Shown here: piece after piece, positions 1-10,002 of the stretch
Layout: each line of letters starts with the position of its first letter
Numbering within the stretch: the stretch's first letter is position 1
Assembly: GCA_035624785.1 (NCBI GenBank)
Contig: DASPQV010000042.1
Coordinates: 999 to 64,998 of the forward strand
DNA: 64,000 nucleotides
Direction of reading: 5' to 3'
Source: Candidatus Binatia bacterium
GTDB taxonomy: Bacteria > Chloroflexota > Dormibacteria > Aeolococcales > Aeolococcaceae
Position numbers and translations under genes: made by a program
The notes under the pieces: model-generated
Told to the model about the DNA's origin: nothing
Databases searched by the model: none
Seen by the model: only the letters and a program-made list of their open reading frames with translations

Positions 1-170
1 TGGTCCCGGATGAAGGTCTCGGCCTCCCGGTCGAGGTCGATGCAGCGCAGCCCCGGCCGGGTGATGGAGGCGAGGTGGGCCAGGCAGGCGCCCAGGATCC
101 GGCCTGCCTCGCGCATCTTCTCGACCTCGTCCGGCCGCTTGCGACGGAAGCTGTCGACCGCCCGGTTCAC
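1..170 (-). CDS. map: methionine aminopeptidase, N-terminal fragment (gene runs off window start)
   Basis: Minus-strand translation from a GTG at 168-170 gives VNRAVDSFRRKRPDEVEKMREAGRILGACLAHLASITRPGLRCIDLDREAETFIRD, the classic MetAP N-terminus. GTG overlaps the adk stop as GTGA. Partial ORF, not in ORF track. Confidence 0.7.
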   Translation of the reverse strand, partial: MNRAVDSFRRKRPDEVEKMREAGRILGACLAHLASITRPGLRCIDLDREAETFIRD

Positions 171-775
171 GACCCCTGGCCCGCCCGGCCGGTCCTGACG
201 CCGGCGACGGATCCGGCCAGGATCTCCTGGATGTGCGCGGTCACCTCGTCGATGGGGGGCGACCCGTCGACCCGCTGGATCGCGACCCCGATTGCCCGGT
301 AGTGGTCGACGACCGGCGCCGTCTCGCGCTCGTAGACGCGCATCCGCTCGGTGAAGGCGTCGGCGGTGTCGTCGCCGCGCCCCTCCATGGCGGCCCGGCG
401 CAGGATCCGCTCCCGGACCACCTCGACGGGGACATCGAGGTAGAGGACCATGGCCACCTCCCGGGCGTTGCGCTGCAGCATCGAGTCGAGGGCCTCAGCC
501 TGCGGGACCGTCCGGGGGAAGCCGTCGAGCACCACACCGCGCTCGGCGTCGGGCTCGGCCAACCGCTTCTCGATGATGCGGACCATCAGGTCGTCGGGGA
601 CCAGGGCACCGCTCTCCATGATCGGCTTGGCCTCCCTGCCCAGGTCGGATCCCCGGCCCACCTCGTCGCGGAGGATGGCCCCGGTCGAGACGTGGGGCGT
701 GGCGGTCATCTCGGCGATCCTGACCGCCTGGGTCCCCTTGCCGCTCCCCGGCGGCCCGAACAGCACCAGGATCAC
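167..775 (-). CDS. adk: adenylate kinase
   Basis: P-loop GPPGSGKGTQ and LID/AMP-binding motifs. Sits in the conserved secY-adk-map context. Confidence 0.95.
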   Translation of the reverse strand: MILVLFGPPGSGKGTQAVRIAEMTATPHVSTGAILRDEVGRGSDLGREAKPIMESGALVPDDLMVRIIEKRLAEPDAERGVVLDGFPRTVPQAEALDSMLQRNAREVAMVLYLDVPVEVVRERILRRAAMEGRGDDTADAFTERMRVYERETAPVVDHYRAIGVAIQRVDGSPPIDEVTAHIQEILAGSVAGVRTGRAGQGS

Positions 776-2106
776 CGGATGAAACCTCGGTACTGGCGCA
801 TCAGCAGCTGGGTCTCGATCTGCTTCATGGTGTCGAGGGCGACGCCGACCACGATCAGGATGGCGGTGCCGCCGAGCAGGAACTGGGTGGTCGAAACCCC
901 GGTGAGGAGGCTGGTGCCGAGCGGCAGCACCACCGTGACGACGGAGAGGAACAGCGCCCCCGCCAGGGTTATTCGGCTCATCACCCGGCCCAGGTACTCG
1001 GCGGTCTGCCGTCCCGGCCGGATCCCGGGAATGAAGGTCGACGACTTCTTGAGGTTGTCGGCGACATCGTTGGGATCGAAGACCACGGCCGTGTAGAAGT
1101 ACGTGAATCCGAGAATGAGCATGAAGTAGATGCCGTTGTAGATGACCTCGATCAGCGGGGAGCCACCGTTGGGGCTCCAGTAGGTGCGCACCCAGGTGGC
1201 CGCGCTCCCCACCCAGCCGCTGGCGCTGCCGAAGAGGTTGGCGAAGATCAGGGGGAAGGACATGATCGAGATGCCGAAGATGATCGGGATGACCCCGGCG
1301 GTGTTGACCCGGAGTGGCAGGAAGTTCCTTCGGCCCCCCATCTGGGCCATCCCGGTTCGGGGGTTGAGGACGCGCTGCGCCGACTGCATGGGCACGTTGC
1401 GCTGAGCCTGCTGGACCTCGATGATGCCCATGGTGGCGAGCAGGGCGATGATCGCCATCTCCCCGATATGGACGGCGTTGGTGCCTCCCGTCCCACCGTA
1501 GGTCACGATCGAGGGCAGGGCCCGGGCGATGATCCCGGTGAAGATGATCAGCGAGACCCCGTTGCCGACCCCGTACTCGGTGATCAGCTCACCGAGCCAC
1601 ATCGCGATGATGGTGCCAGCCGCGAGGATGATGATGTCGGCGATCTCCTGGGTGGCGGTGGGGTTGAGGATGATCGCGCCCTGGCTGGTGGCGTTGGGAT
1701 TGGTGAAGAGGGCCATGTAGCCGAACGCCTGGAGGGCGGCCAGGGGGACGGTCAGCCAGCGGGTGTACCGGGTGATCCGCTTGCGGCCCAGCTCCCCCTC
1801 CTTGGACATCTCCTTGAGCCGGACCGAGACCACGGTCAGCAGCTGCATGATGATGGTGGCGTTGATGTAGGGGTTGAGCCCCAGGCCGACGATCGTGAAG
1901 CTGGCTCCCCCGTTGCCGCTGAAGAGGTTGAGCAGGCCGAGCAGCGAGTTCTGATTCATCAGGTTCTGCAGCGCGGCGCTGTTGATGTTGGGCACCGGGA
2001 CCGTCGCCAGGAGCCGGAAGGCGAGCAGCAGCAGCAGCGTGAAGAGGAGCTTGCGGCGCAGCTCGGGGATCTGCATCGCCTTGGCGAGCGCCTGGAGCAG
2101 GCTCAC
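772..2106 (-). CDS. secY: preprotein translocase subunit SecY
   Basis: 444 aa, ~10 TM, with conserved SecY segments. Follows rplO with a 4-nt overlap. Confidence 0.97.
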   Translation of the reverse strand: MSLLQALAKAMQIPELRRKLLFTLLLLLAFRLLATVPVPNINSAALQNLMNQNSLLGLLNLFSGNGGASFTIVGLGLNPYINATIIMQLLTVVSVRLKEMSKEGELGRKRITRYTRWLTVPLAALQAFGYMALFTNPNATSQGAIILNPTATQEIADIIILAAGTIIAMWLGELITEYGVGNGVSLIIFTGIIARALPSIVTYGGTGGTNAVHIGEMAIIALLATMGIIEVQQAQRNVPMQSAQRVLNPRTGMAQMGGRRNFLPLRVNTAGVIPIIFGISIMSFPLIFANLFGSASGWVGSAATWVRTYWSPNGGSPLIEVIYNGIYFMLILGFTYFYTAVVFDPNDVADNLKKSSTFIPGIRPGRQTAEYLGRVMSRITLAGALFLSVVTVVLPLGTSLLTGVSTTQFLLGGTAILIVVGVALDTMKQIETQLLMRQYRGFIR

Positions 2107-2600
2107 GTCTCCCGGCTCTCCTCCGCGGGCGTCTGGGTGGGTGCTGCCGGAGCCGCCTCGAGCAGCTCCAGCTTGCCGCCGGCCGCCTCCACGGCGCGCT
2201 GCGCGGCCGCCGAGGCCCGGTGCACCCGGACGGTGACGGCCACCTTCAGCCGGCCGGCGGCGAGCAGTTTGACCCGGTCCCCAGCGTGGCCCACCAGGCC
2301 CCGATCAGCGAGCGCGGCCCCGTCGACGATCGACCCGCTCGGGAACCGGTTGAGCTTGCCGACGTTGACAGCCGCATAGTCGGCGCCCCAGCGGTTGTGA
2401 AACCCACGGAGCTTGGGCAGCCGCATGGTCAGCTTCATCTGGCCGCCCTCGAAACCGCGCGGGACCTTGGCCCCCTGGCGCGCCCCGGCGCCCTTCTGAC
2501 CGCGACCGGAGGTCTTGCCCTGGCCGGCGCCGATGCCCCGGCCGATCCGTTTGCGCGAGCGGCGGCTGCCAGCCGCTCCGCGCAGCTCATCAAGCCTCAT
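2103..2600 (-). CDS. rplO: 50S ribosomal protein L15
   Basis: N-terminal [24 protein letters not shown], typical of L15. Position is between L30 and secY. Confidence 0.95.
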   Translation of the reverse strand: MRLDELRGAAGSRRSRKRIGRGIGAGQGKTSGRGQKGAGARQGAKVPRGFEGGQMKLTMRLPKLRGFHNRWGADYAAVNVGKLNRFPSGSIVDGAALADRGLVGHAGDRVKLLAAGRLKVAVTVRVHRASAAAQRAVEAAGGKLELLEAAPAAPTQTPAEESRET

Positions 2601-3045
2601 GGGGTTCCTCAGTGTCGCTCGGGGCGGGCCGAGAGCGCCTCCGGCCGATCGCCTTCGGCTCGCCGGTCGCCGCCTCGGCGACGGGTTCCGACCCCGACGG
2701 GGCGGGCGCCGCCACCGGCGCCACTGGGGGCGCCTCAGGCGGGGCGGCGGGAGCGGGGAGAGACGCCGCTGCCGCGAATGTGACAGTCAGCCGGGCGGTC
2801 ACCGCCGGGCTGTCCGCGGGAAGGCCGTCGACCGAGACCAGGTGGCGCACCTTGCGGATCATGCCCCGCAGCGCCGGGCTGTCGGGATGGTCGACGGTCT
2901 GGTGGAGGCGATGAAGGCCGAGGGCCGCGACGGTGGCCCGCTGGTCACGGGCGTAGCCGATGGCGCTCTTGCGGTAGGTGACCCGGAGCACCGGACCGGT
3001 GGCGGCCGCGGCCGGTGGCGCCGCGGCGGTGATGGGCCCGGTCAC
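2590..3045 (-). CDS. rpmD: 50S ribosomal protein L30 with ~78-aa Ala/Pro-rich C-terminal extension
   Basis: Core [28 protein letters not shown]...[12 protein letters not shown] matches L30. The ORF continues in frame to overlap the rplO start by 11 nt. Exact start is uncertain (N-terminal [11 protein letters not shown]... may be extension). Confidence 0.8.
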   Translation of the reverse strand: MTGPITAAAPPAAAATGPVLRVTYRKSAIGYARDQRATVAALGLHRLHQTVDHPDSPALRGMIRKVRHLVSVDGLPADSPAVTARLTVTFAAAASLPAPAAPPEAPPVAPVAAPAPSGSEPVAEAATGEPKAIGRRRSRPAPSDTEEPHEA

Positions 3046-3632
3046 GCCGGGGCCCCCGCCGGCGCTGCCGCGGCCGGCTCACCCAGGATCCGGGCGGCCC
3101 GTTTGCGACCCACGATGTCCGCGGGCTGGCGGCCCCGCAGCGCCGCCACCTCGGCCAGGGTCCGCATGCTGGCCAGCGCCGCCAGCGTCGCCCGCACCAC
3201 GTTGACCGGGTTGTTGCTGCCCAGCGACTTGGTCAGGATGTCGTGGATGCCCGCCGCCTCGACCACGGCCCGCATCGCGCCACCGGAGATCACGCCGGTG
3301 CCGGGGACGGCCGGACGGAGCAGCACGCGGGCGGCGCCCAGCTTGTAGCGGACGTCGTGGGGGATGGTCCGCCCCACCAGGGGCACGGCGATCATGTGCT
3401 TCTTGGCGTCCTCGACCCCCTTGCGGATGGCGTCGGGGACCTCGCCGGCCTTGCCCAGGCCGGTGCCCACCCGGCCCTGCCCGTCGCCGACCACGACCAG
3501 GGCGCTGAAGGAGAAGCGACGACCGCCCTTGACCACCTTGGCCACCCGGTTCAGCGAGACGATCTTCTCGATGAGCTCCGAGCCGCGCTCGCCGCCCCGG
3601 TCGTCGCGCCGATCCATCCGCACTGCCATCAC
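3042..3632 (-). CDS. rpsE: 30S ribosomal protein S5
   Basis: [43 protein letters not shown] is the S5 dsRBD-like N-domain, followed by the S5 C-domain. Confidence 0.95.
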   Translation of the reverse strand: MMAVRMDRRDDRGGERGSELIEKIVSLNRVAKVVKGGRRFSFSALVVVGDGQGRVGTGLGKAGEVPDAIRKGVEDAKKHMIAVPLVGRTIPHDVRYKLGAARVLLRPAVPGTGVISGGAMRAVVEAAGIHDILTKSLGSNNPVNVVRATLAALASMRTLAEVAALRGRQPADIVGRKRAARILGEPAAAAPAGAPA

Positions 3633-3640
3633 TCAGGCTC

Positions 3641-4012
3641 CTAGAACTCCAGACCGGCTTTTCGGGCCGCCTCGGCGAGGGCGGCGACCCGGCCGTGGTA
3701 GAGGTACCCGCCACGGTCGAAGACGACCCTCGACATCCCCTTCTCGATGAGGCGCGAGGCGACCGTCTCGCCCACCACCGCGGCGGCCTGGGCGGTGGCC
3801 CGGCTGCCCGAGATCCTCTCGGCGACCGCCGGCTCCAGGGTCGATGCCGCCGCCACGGTGCGGCCGCTGCCGTCGTCGATCACCTGCACGCTGATGTGCC
3901 GGAGGCTGCGGTGAACGCAGAGCCGGGGACGGGTGGCGGTGCCCTCGAGGTGCTGGCGGACCCGGCGGTGGCGGCGGACCCGGGCGGCCTCGCGATCATG
4001 CCTGCTGTACAT
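3641..4012 (-). CDS. rplR: 50S ribosomal protein L18
   Basis: [18 protein letters not shown]...[27 protein letters not shown], the L18 signature. Confidence 0.93.
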   Translation of the reverse strand: MYSRHDREAARVRRHRRVRQHLEGTATRPRLCVHRSLRHISVQVIDDGSGRTVAAASTLEPAVAERISGSRATAQAAAVVGETVASRLIEKGMSRVVFDRGGYLYHGRVAALAEAARKAGLEF

Positions 4013-4021
4013 CTCAAGTCC

Positions 4022-4573
4022 CTACTTGGTCTTGCCGGCCTTGCCGGACTTGCCGGCCTTGCGGCGGACCCGCTCGCCCCGGTACATGATGCCCTTGCCC
4101 TTGTACGGCTCCGGCTTGCGAAAGGAGCGGATCTTGGCGGCCACCTGGCCGACCATCTCCTTGTCGGCACCGCTGATCACGATCTGGGTCGGGGCGGGCA
4201 CCTCGATGGTCACCCCCTCGGGGGCCGTGTAGCGGACCGGGTGGGAGAAGCCCAGGGTCAGCACCAGATCCTGGCCCTGCTTGGCGGCGCGGAAGCCCAC
4301 GCCGACCAGCTCGAGGTTGCGGGTGAAGCCGGTGCTTACACCCTCGACCATGTTGGCGATCAGGGTCCGGGTCAGGCCGTGGAGGGAGCGGTGGACCGAG
4401 CTGTCGCTGGGCCGGCGCACCTCGACGACCCCGTCGCCGACCTGCACCGTCATGGCGGGGGGGACGCTGCGCTCCAGCGTGCCGCGTGCGCCCCGCACCG
4501 CAACGTGGGCTCCCGTCGCGGTCACCTGGACGCCAGCGGGCACCGGGATGATGCGTCGACCGATCCTGCTCAT
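4022..4573 (-). CDS. rplF: 50S ribosomal protein L6
   Basis: SRIGRRIIPVPAGVQV...KGKGI, with both L6 alpha/beta repeats. Confidence 0.95.
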   Translation of the reverse strand: MSRIGRRIIPVPAGVQVTATGAHVAVRGARGTLERSVPPAMTVQVGDGVVEVRRPSDSSVHRSLHGLTRTLIANMVEGVSTGFTRNLELVGVGFRAAKQGQDLVLTLGFSHPVRYTAPEGVTIEVPAPTQIVISGADKEMVGQVAAKIRSFRKPEPYKGKGIMYRGERVRRKAGKSGKAGKTK

Positions 4574-4577
4574 GCGC

Positions 4578-4973
4578 TCACCATACGAAGGCGACGACCT
4601 CGCCGCCGAGACCGAGCCGCTGAGCCCGGTGTCCGGTCATCAGCCCCTGGCTGGTGGAGATCACGGCTATCCCCAGGCCTCCCAGGACCCGGGGGATCTC
4701 CGACTTGCGAGCGTAGACCCTGAGCCCCGGGCGGCTGATCCGGCGCAGGCCGCTCAGCGCCCGGCCGCGAGGGCTGCGGGGCTTGAAGGTGATCGTGATC
4801 AGCTGGTGGGGCGCCTCGCCGGTCAGCTCGCACTCGGCGATGAAGCCCTCCTCCCTGAGCACCTTGGCGATCTCGAGCTTCACGCGGCTGGCCGGGACGC
4901 TCACCGATCGGTGGTTGGCCAGGTTGGCATTGCGGATCCGGGTCAGCATGTCGGCGATGGTGTCGCTGGTCAT
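4578..4973 (-). CDS. rpsH: 30S ribosomal protein S8
   Basis: [46 protein letters not shown] trimmed the start to the internal ATG at 4971-4973, because the upstream 40 codons of the listed ORF are not S8-like. Confidence 0.93.
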   Translation of the reverse strand: MTSDTIADMLTRIRNANLANHRSVSVPASRVKLEIAKVLREEGFIAECELTGEAPHQLITITFKPRSPRGRALSGLRRISRPGLRVYARKSEIPRVLGGLGIAVISTSQGLMTGHRAQRLGLGGEVVAFVW

Positions 4974-4977
4974 GGCC

Positions 4978-5163
4978 TCACCAGGAGCTCTTCTTGACCC
5001 CGGGGACCTGGCCCGAGCTGGCCAGCCCGCGGAAGCAGATGCGGCACATCCCGAACTTGCGCATGTACGCTCGAGGCCGGCCGCAGACGGCACAGCGGTT
5101 GTGCTTCTGAGTGGAGAAGCGCGCGGGGCGGAGTGCCTTGGCGATCAGAGATTTCTTGGCCAC
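4978..5163 (-). CDS. rpsZ: 30S ribosomal protein S14 type Z (zinc-binding short form)
   Basis: 61 aa, VAKKSLIAK...CAVCGRP...CRICFR...VPGVKKSSW with a CxxC...CxxC motif. GTG start with an upstream GAGGG. Confidence 0.9.
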   Translation of the reverse strand: MAKKSLIAKALRPARFSTQKHNRCAVCGRPRAYMRKFGMCRICFRGLASSGQVPGVKKSSW

Positions 5164-5236
5164 GATGACCCTCGTGCCGGCGCCGTATCGGCGGTTGCCG
5201 ACGCACACCGGTGGTTGAAGTGGGGAGGCGGCCCGC

Positions 5237-5797
5237 TCATGGCCGGAACGGCATCCCAAGCCGGGTGAGCAAGGCGCGACCCTCGTCGTCGCTCTCCGCG
5301 CTGGAGACGATGCACACCTCCAAGCCGCGGAGCTTGTCGATCTTGTCGTAGTCGATCTCCGGGAAGACCAGCTGCTCCCGCATGCCCAGGGTGTAGTTGC
5401 CGTGGCCGTCGAAGGCCTTTCCGTCAACCCCCCGGAAATCCCGGATGCGAGGCAGGGCGACGTTGATCAGCTTGTCCAGGAAGTACCACATCCGATCGCG
5501 GCGGAGGGTGACCTTGACCCCGATGGGCATGCCCGCCCGGAGCTTGAACGCGGCCACCGACTTGCGGGCCCGGATGACGATCGGCGCCTGCCCGGTGATG
5601 CTCCTGACGTCAGCCACGGCGGCGTCGATGGCGCGGTTGTTCTGGATGGCCTCCCCGAGACCGATGTTGACCACCACCTTGACCAGCCGGGGAACCTGCA
5701 TGGCGTTGGTGTAGCGGAACTCTCGGACCAGCTCGGGAACCACCCGCTCCTGGTAGTGGCGGCGGAGCCGAGGCAGCTCGGCGATTGCGACAGCCAT
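5237..5797 (-). CDS. rplE: 50S ribosomal protein L5
   Basis: [27 protein letters not shown]...[11 protein letters not shown]. The start ATG overlaps the L24 stop as TGATG at 5795-5799. Confidence 0.93.
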   Translation of the reverse strand: MAVAIAELPRLRRHYQERVVPELVREFRYTNAMQVPRLVKVVVNIGLGEAIQNNRAIDAAVADVRSITGQAPIVIRARKSVAAFKLRAGMPIGVKVTLRRDRMWYFLDKLINVALPRIRDFRGVDGKAFDGHGNYTLGMREQLVFPEIDYDKIDKLRGLEVCIVSSAESDDEGRALLTRLGMPFRP

Positions 5798-6225
5798 CAG
5801 GCGGTGGCCCTCTCGTAGCGCTCGCCGCACTTGCGGCAGATCATCACCCGGCGTCCGTCTTCGGCGATCTCGTGGCGGATCCGGGTGGCCTTGTCACAGC
5901 GGTTGCAGACGAGCTGCACGTTGCTGTACGGGATCGGGCCGTTGAAGTCGACGATGCCACCCTGCACGTTGTTGGCCACCCGCGCCTTGGTGTGCCGCTT
6001 CATCAGGTTGACGCCCTGGACCACGATCCTCTGCCGCTCCAGGATGACCCGTTCCACGGTGCCCCGCTTGCCGCGATCCTTGCCCGCGATGACCTCGACG
6101 GTGTCACCGGCGCGGATGTCCAGGGGGTGGGCGCGGCCACCCGCCCAGCCCACGTGGCGGAGCGCCATGGTGCGGGCGCGGGAGATCTCGGCGCGCCGCT
6201 TGGCGGCGGTCCCCTGGAAGCTCAT
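5797..6225 (-). CDS. rplX: 50S ribosomal protein L24 (KOW) with Cys4 C-terminal ribbon
   Basis: [17 protein letters not shown] is the KOW motif. C-terminus reads [30 protein letters not shown]-terminal ~20 aa may be extension; start is uncertain. Confidence 0.9.
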   Translation of the reverse strand: MSFQGTAAKRRAEISRARTMALRHVGWAGGRAHPLDIRAGDTVEVIAGKDRGKRGTVERVILERQRIVVQGVNLMKRHTKARVANNVQGGIVDFNGPIPYSNVQLVCNRCDKATRIRHEIAEDGRRVMICRKCGERYERATA

Positions 6226-6594
6226 CTAGAGCACCTCCGGGGCGAGGGAGACGATCTTCATGAAGTTGCGCTCCCTCAGCTCGCGGGCCACCGGGCCGAA
6301 GATCCGGGTGCCCCGCGGATTGTTCTGGGGGTTGATGAGCACCGCGGCGTTCTCGTCGAAGCGGATCTGGCTGCCGTCGGCGCGGTGGAAGGGCTGGACG
6401 GTGCGGACGATGACGGCCCGGACCACGTCGCCCTTCTTCACCTGGGCATTGGGTTGGGCGACCTTGACGGTGCCGACGATGATGTCGCCGACCGACCCGT
6501 ACTTGCGATAGCCGCCACCCAGCACGCGGATGCAGAGCAGCTCTCGGGCGCCGCTGTTGTCCGCCACCTTGAGGACGGTCTCCTGCTGGATCAC
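6226..6594 (-). CDS. rplN: 50S ribosomal protein L14
   Basis: [27 protein letters not shown]...[11 protein letters not shown]. Confidence 0.96.
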   Translation of the reverse strand: MIQQETVLKVADNSGARELLCIRVLGGGYRKYGSVGDIIVGTVKVAQPNAQVKKGDVVRAVIVRTVQPFHRADGSQIRFDENAAVLINPQNNPRGTRIFGPVARELRERNFMKIVSLAPEVL

Positions 6595-6595
6595 G

Positions 6596-6877
6596 TCACT
6601 TCGCCTTCTCGATGATGTCGGCCACCCGCCACCGCTTCTCCCGGGAGATCGGACGGGTCTCGGTGATCCGAACCCGGTCGCCCACCGCGCAGCGCCCCTC
6701 CTCGTCGTGGACCTTGAACCGCCGGTTGTGGGTGACCACCTTCTTGTAGAGGGGGTGGGGCTTCTTCTCCTGGACGAGCACCACCACCGTCTTCTCCATC
6801 TTGTCGCTGACCACGACCCCCTCCCGCTCCTTGCGGCGGCCCCGCGGCAGGGCGGTGGGCGCCATCTGCTCGGTCAT
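6596..6877 (-). CDS. rpsQ: 30S ribosomal protein S17
   Basis: [29 protein letters not shown]...[18 protein letters not shown]. Confidence 0.93.
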   Translation of the reverse strand: MTEQMAPTALPRGRRKEREGVVVSDKMEKTVVVLVQEKKPHPLYKKVVTHNRRFKVHDEEGRCAVGDRVRITETRPISREKRWRVADIIEKAK

Positions 6878-7395
6878 CGGTCACTCTCCTCGCCCGGCTC
6901 CGGCTCGGCCTCGTCGACGTCCAGCTCAGCCGGGGGTGCGCTCTCGACCTCGCCGACGTCCTCCGCCTCCTCGGCCAGCTCGTCGACCTCGGCGGGAAGG
7001 TCACCGGCCTCCGACGCGGCGGCGTCCTGGGGAGCGGCCTCCACATCGCCCGCCATCTCGAGCCCTTCGGGCTCGTTCTCCTCCACCGGCTCCGCGGCTA
7101 CGAGCTCGCCCGGTTCCGCGCTCTCCGAGGCGGCGGCACGCCGGAAGGAAAGCCGGCGGCGACGAGCCTCGGCGGGCCTCTCCTCGGTCCGCTCCACGGC
7201 CTCCAGCTCGGCGTCGCTGACCAGGTGGTGACCGCGCACCAGCTCGATCTGAACGGTCATGGTGCGGGCGATCTCCCGCCTGATCTCGCGGATCTGACGG
7301 TGGTTCTCCACCTGCCCCGCGGTCTGCTGGAAGCGAACCTCGAAGAGGCGGCGCCGCTGCTCGCTGAGATGCTGGTCCAGCTCCTCGGCGTTCAT
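6874..7395 (-). CDS. rpmC: 50S ribosomal protein L29 with ~105-aa acidic C-terminal extension
   Basis: [46 protein letters not shown] is the L29 core. The same frame continues (E/A/P-rich) to a 4-nt overlap with rpsQ. Start chosen at the internal ATG 7393-7395; upstream GTG/ATG alternatives exist. Confidence 0.8.
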   Translation of the reverse strand: MNAEELDQHLSEQRRRLFEVRFQQTAGQVENHRQIREIRREIARTMTVQIELVRGHHLVSDAELEAVERTEERPAEARRRRLSFRRAAASESAEPGELVAAEPVEENEPEGLEMAGDVEAAPQDAAASEAGDLPAEVDELAEEAEDVGEVESAPPAELDVDEAEPEPGEESDR

Positions 7396-7430
7396 CACGC
7401 GCAGCGCGTGGATGGCCTCGACCTGCTTGC

Positions 7431-7889
7431 TCACGCGCTCGCCTCCGCTCCGGCACCCGCCACTTCGACCTCGGCTCCGGGCTCGTGCCGGGAGACGAAG
7501 CGCGTCGAGATCGGCAGCTTGTGGCCGGCGAGGCGCATCGCCTCCCGGGCCACCTCCTCGGTGACGCCGGCCATCTCGAACAGCACCAGGCCGGGCCGGA
7601 CCACCGCGGCCCACCCCTCCGGCTGACCCTTGCCCGATCCCATCCGGGTCTCGGCCGGCTTCTTGGTGTAGGCGTGGTCGGGGAAGACGCGGATCCAGAT
7701 CTGGCCGCCGCGGCGGACATGCCTGGTCATGGCGCGCCGGGCCGCCTCGATCTGCCGGTTGGTCATCCAGCAGGGCTCGAGCGCCTGCAGGCCATAGTTG
7801 CCGAAGCTGAGCACGTTGCCCCGTTGGGCGGCGCCGGTGCGGCGTCCTCGGTGCAGCTTGCGGTACTTGGTCCGCTTCGGCATCAGCAC
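7431..7889 (-). CDS. rplP: 50S ribosomal protein L16
   Basis: [41 protein letters not shown]. Confidence 0.95.
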   Translation of the reverse strand: MLMPKRTKYRKLHRGRRTGAAQRGNVLSFGNYGLQALEPCWMTNRQIEAARRAMTRHVRRGGQIWIRVFPDHAYTKKPAETRMGSGKGQPEGWAAVVRPGLVLFEMAGVTEEVAREAMRLAGHKLPISTRFVSRHEPGAEVEVAGAGAEASA

Positions 7890-7891
7890 CG

Positions 7892-8977
7892 TCAGTCCTC
7901 CTCAGCCTCGGGGCTGGGCCGATCGCTCCCGCTCGAAGGGGGCTTCTTCGCGGCCGGGGCGCGCCGGCGGGCGGCTGGCTTCTTGGCCGGCAGCTTCTCG
8001 ACTCGCTCGCCCTCGAGACCAGGTCCGGCGATCTCGCTCATCTCGTCCTCAGGCTCGGCCGCCTCGAGCTCGGAGGGCTCGGCCCCAACCGCCTCGGCTT
8101 CGCCGGCCTCGACCTCGGCAACACCCGCCACCTCCTCGACCTCGGGCTCGGCCACGGCGGCCTCCACCTCACGTGGCTCTGCCGGTTGGGGAGCCGGACG
8201 CACCGGACGAGCTGGAAGCGCCACCTCCGGGTGACCATGGGCCGGCGTTGCGGCCGCACGAGCCGGTCTCTCGGCCGCCCCGCCCCGAGCCATCTCGCCA
8301 GGCTCGGCGATCTCACGGCCCGGTCCACCGATCATCACCGGCTCGCCGGTGGCGGTGACGTAGTCGCCCTTGTAGATCCAGCAGGTGACACCGATGCGGC
8401 CGAAGGTGGTGCGTGCCTCCGCCTGCCCGTAGTCGATGTTGGCCCGGAGAGTGTGGAGCGGCACGCGGCCGTCCCGATCCCACTCGCGGCGGGACATCTC
8501 GGCCCCACCGAGGCGCCCGCTCACCTCCAGCTTCACCCCCTTGGCGCCCGCCCGCATGGTGCGCATCACGGTCTGCTTGAGGGCGCGCCGGAAGGCGATC
8601 CGCTTCTCCAGCTGCGAGGCGACGTTCTCGGCGACCAGCTTGGCGTCGAGCTCCGGCGTCTTGATCTCGTGGATGGTCACCCGGACCTTCTTGCCGCTGA
8701 TCCGCTCCAGCTCGTCGCGCAGCGCGTCCACCGACGCTCCCTGCTTGCCGATGACGATCCCCGGCTTGGCGGTCTGGATGATGACGGTCAACTGGTTGGC
8801 GCTGCGCTCGGTCTCGATGCGCGCCACCCCGGCGTTGCGAAGGCGGCTGCCGATCAGCTTGCGCATCGCCAGGTCTTCATGGAGCAGCTTGGTGTAGTCG
8901 CGATCCGCGTACCACCGCGAGTCCCATTGGCGGTAGACACCGAGACGGAAACCGATCGGGTTGACCTTCTGTCCCAT
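7892..8977 (-). CDS. rpsC: 30S ribosomal protein S3 with ~145-aa low-complexity C-terminal extension
   Basis: [24 protein letters not shown] plus KH and S3-C domains. The tail is rich in E/A/P/V. Confidence 0.93.
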   Translation of the reverse strand: MGQKVNPIGFRLGVYRQWDSRWYADRDYTKLLHEDLAMRKLIGSRLRNAGVARIETERSANQLTVIIQTAKPGIVIGKQGASVDALRDELERISGKKVRVTIHEIKTPELDAKLVAENVASQLEKRIAFRRALKQTVMRTMRAGAKGVKLEVSGRLGGAEMSRREWDRDGRVPLHTLRANIDYGQAEARTTFGRIGVTCWIYKGDYVTATGEPVMIGGPGREIAEPGEMARGGAAERPARAAATPAHGHPEVALPARPVRPAPQPAEPREVEAAVAEPEVEEVAGVAEVEAGEAEAVGAEPSELEAAEPEDEMSEIAGPGLEGERVEKLPAKKPAARRRAPAAKKPPSSGSDRPSPEAEED

Positions 8978-9717
8978 CAGTCCTGGTCCTCGTCCTCTAT
9001 CTCGCCGTCGTCACCGTACTCATCGTCCTCGTCATCGCCGAGCTCGCCCGCCTCGCCGTCCTCGGCGTCGGCCAGGTCGCCGAGCTCGTCCTCCTCCCCC
9101 TCGCCAGCCTCGTCCTCAGCCTCCTCCTCGGTCTGCCCCGCGAAGCCAGCCTCGGCACCCGTCCCGGCACCCTCGCCCCAGGCGCTCTCCACCTCGGCCG
9201 CGGGCAGGGCCGCCTCCGCCTCCGCGGCGGGCGCGGCCTCCGCCTGGGCGGCCGCGGCGGCGGCCTCCTGGGCGCGCCGAACCTGGGCCGGGCGACGCCG
9301 CCGGGTCGCCGCCGGACGGGTGGAGGGCCGCGCCGGGCGTCCCGGCATGGCGATCAGCGAACGGCGTCGCCGGTTGGGCTCTGGCTCCTCGTCGGTGACG
9401 TAGCAGCGCAGATGGCTCATCCGCTTGAAGACGCTGCCGGCCATCCCCCGGGGTTTGGCGATGTAGCGCTTGATGATCCCGGCGGGCTCCACCTCGAGGC
9501 GGTCGACGCGGAGCGACGAGGTCTCCAGGTTGTAGTTGTGCTCGGCGTTGGCGACCGCCGACTTGATCACCTTGGCCACCTCGCGGGCGCCGTGCCGCGG
9601 CGTGAAGTTGAGCAGGGTGAGGGCCTCGGCGACGGGCAGGCCGACGACGCTCTCGGCCACCACGCGCGCCTTGCGCGAGGTGATCCTCACGTCCCTGGCG
9701 GTGGCTACCACTCTCAC
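8977..9717 (-). CDS. rplV: 50S ribosomal protein L22 with ~130-aa basic-then-acidic C-terminal extension
   Basis: [55 protein letters not shown]. The tail ends ...[19 protein letters not shown], and the stop overlaps the rpsC start as TGATG. Confidence 0.9.
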   Translation of the reverse strand: MRVVATARDVRITSRKARVVAESVVGLPVAEALTLLNFTPRHGAREVAKVIKSAVANAEHNYNLETSSLRVDRLEVEPAGIIKRYIAKPRGMAGSVFKRMSHLRCYVTDEEPEPNRRRRSLIAMPGRPARPSTRPAATRRRRPAQVRRAQEAAAAAAQAEAAPAAEAEAALPAAEVESAWGEGAGTGAEAGFAGQTEEEAEDEAGEGEEDELGDLADAEDGEAGELGDDEDDEYGDDGEIEDEDQD

Positions 9718-9998
9718 TTCAGCGCGGTGCTCCGCTCGGTGTGATGGCCATGGCCGCGGTAGCGACGGGTGGCCGCGAACTCACCCAGCTTGTGCCCGAC
9801 CATCGCCTCGGTGATGAACACCGGGTTGTGCTTGCGGCCGTCGTGCACGGCGATGGTGTGGCCGACCATCTCCGGGAAGATGTCGCTGCGCCGCGACCAG
9901 GTCCGGATGACCCGCTTCTCACGGCTCTGGTTCAGCCTCTGGACCTTGGCGAGCAGGTGCTCGTCGCAGAACGGTCCCTTCTTCAGAGAACGGCTCAT
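9714..9998 (-). CDS. rpsS: 30S ribosomal protein S19
   Basis: [19 protein letters not shown]...[38 protein letters not shown]. Confidence 0.96.
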   Translation of the reverse strand: MSRSLKKGPFCDEHLLAKVQRLNQSREKRVIRTWSRRSDIFPEMVGHTIAVHDGRKHNPVFITEAMVGHKLGEFAATRRYRGHGHHTERSTALK

Positions 9999-10002
9999 GG
10001 CC

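Noticed and set aside
233-2379. Long plus-strand ORFs (233..1096, 1468..2379 and many similar throughout 1-17 kb and opposite rpoB/rpoC) with R/G/P/A/D-rich translations
   Set aside because: They are antisense to conserved genes. Their composition is dominated by Arg/Gly/Pro, typical of GC-rich non-coding frames. Every one overlaps a gene with unambiguous homology on the other strand.
4974-5093. N-terminal 40 codons of listed ORF 4578..5093 (S8) and N-terminal 88 codons of ORF 4978..5427 (S14)
   Set aside because: The upstream parts ([15 protein letters not shown]... and [16 protein letters not shown]...) are not S8-like or S14-like and overlap the neighbouring gene. Conserved N-termini begin at the internal ATG (S8) or GTG (S14), and S14 has a plausible SD.
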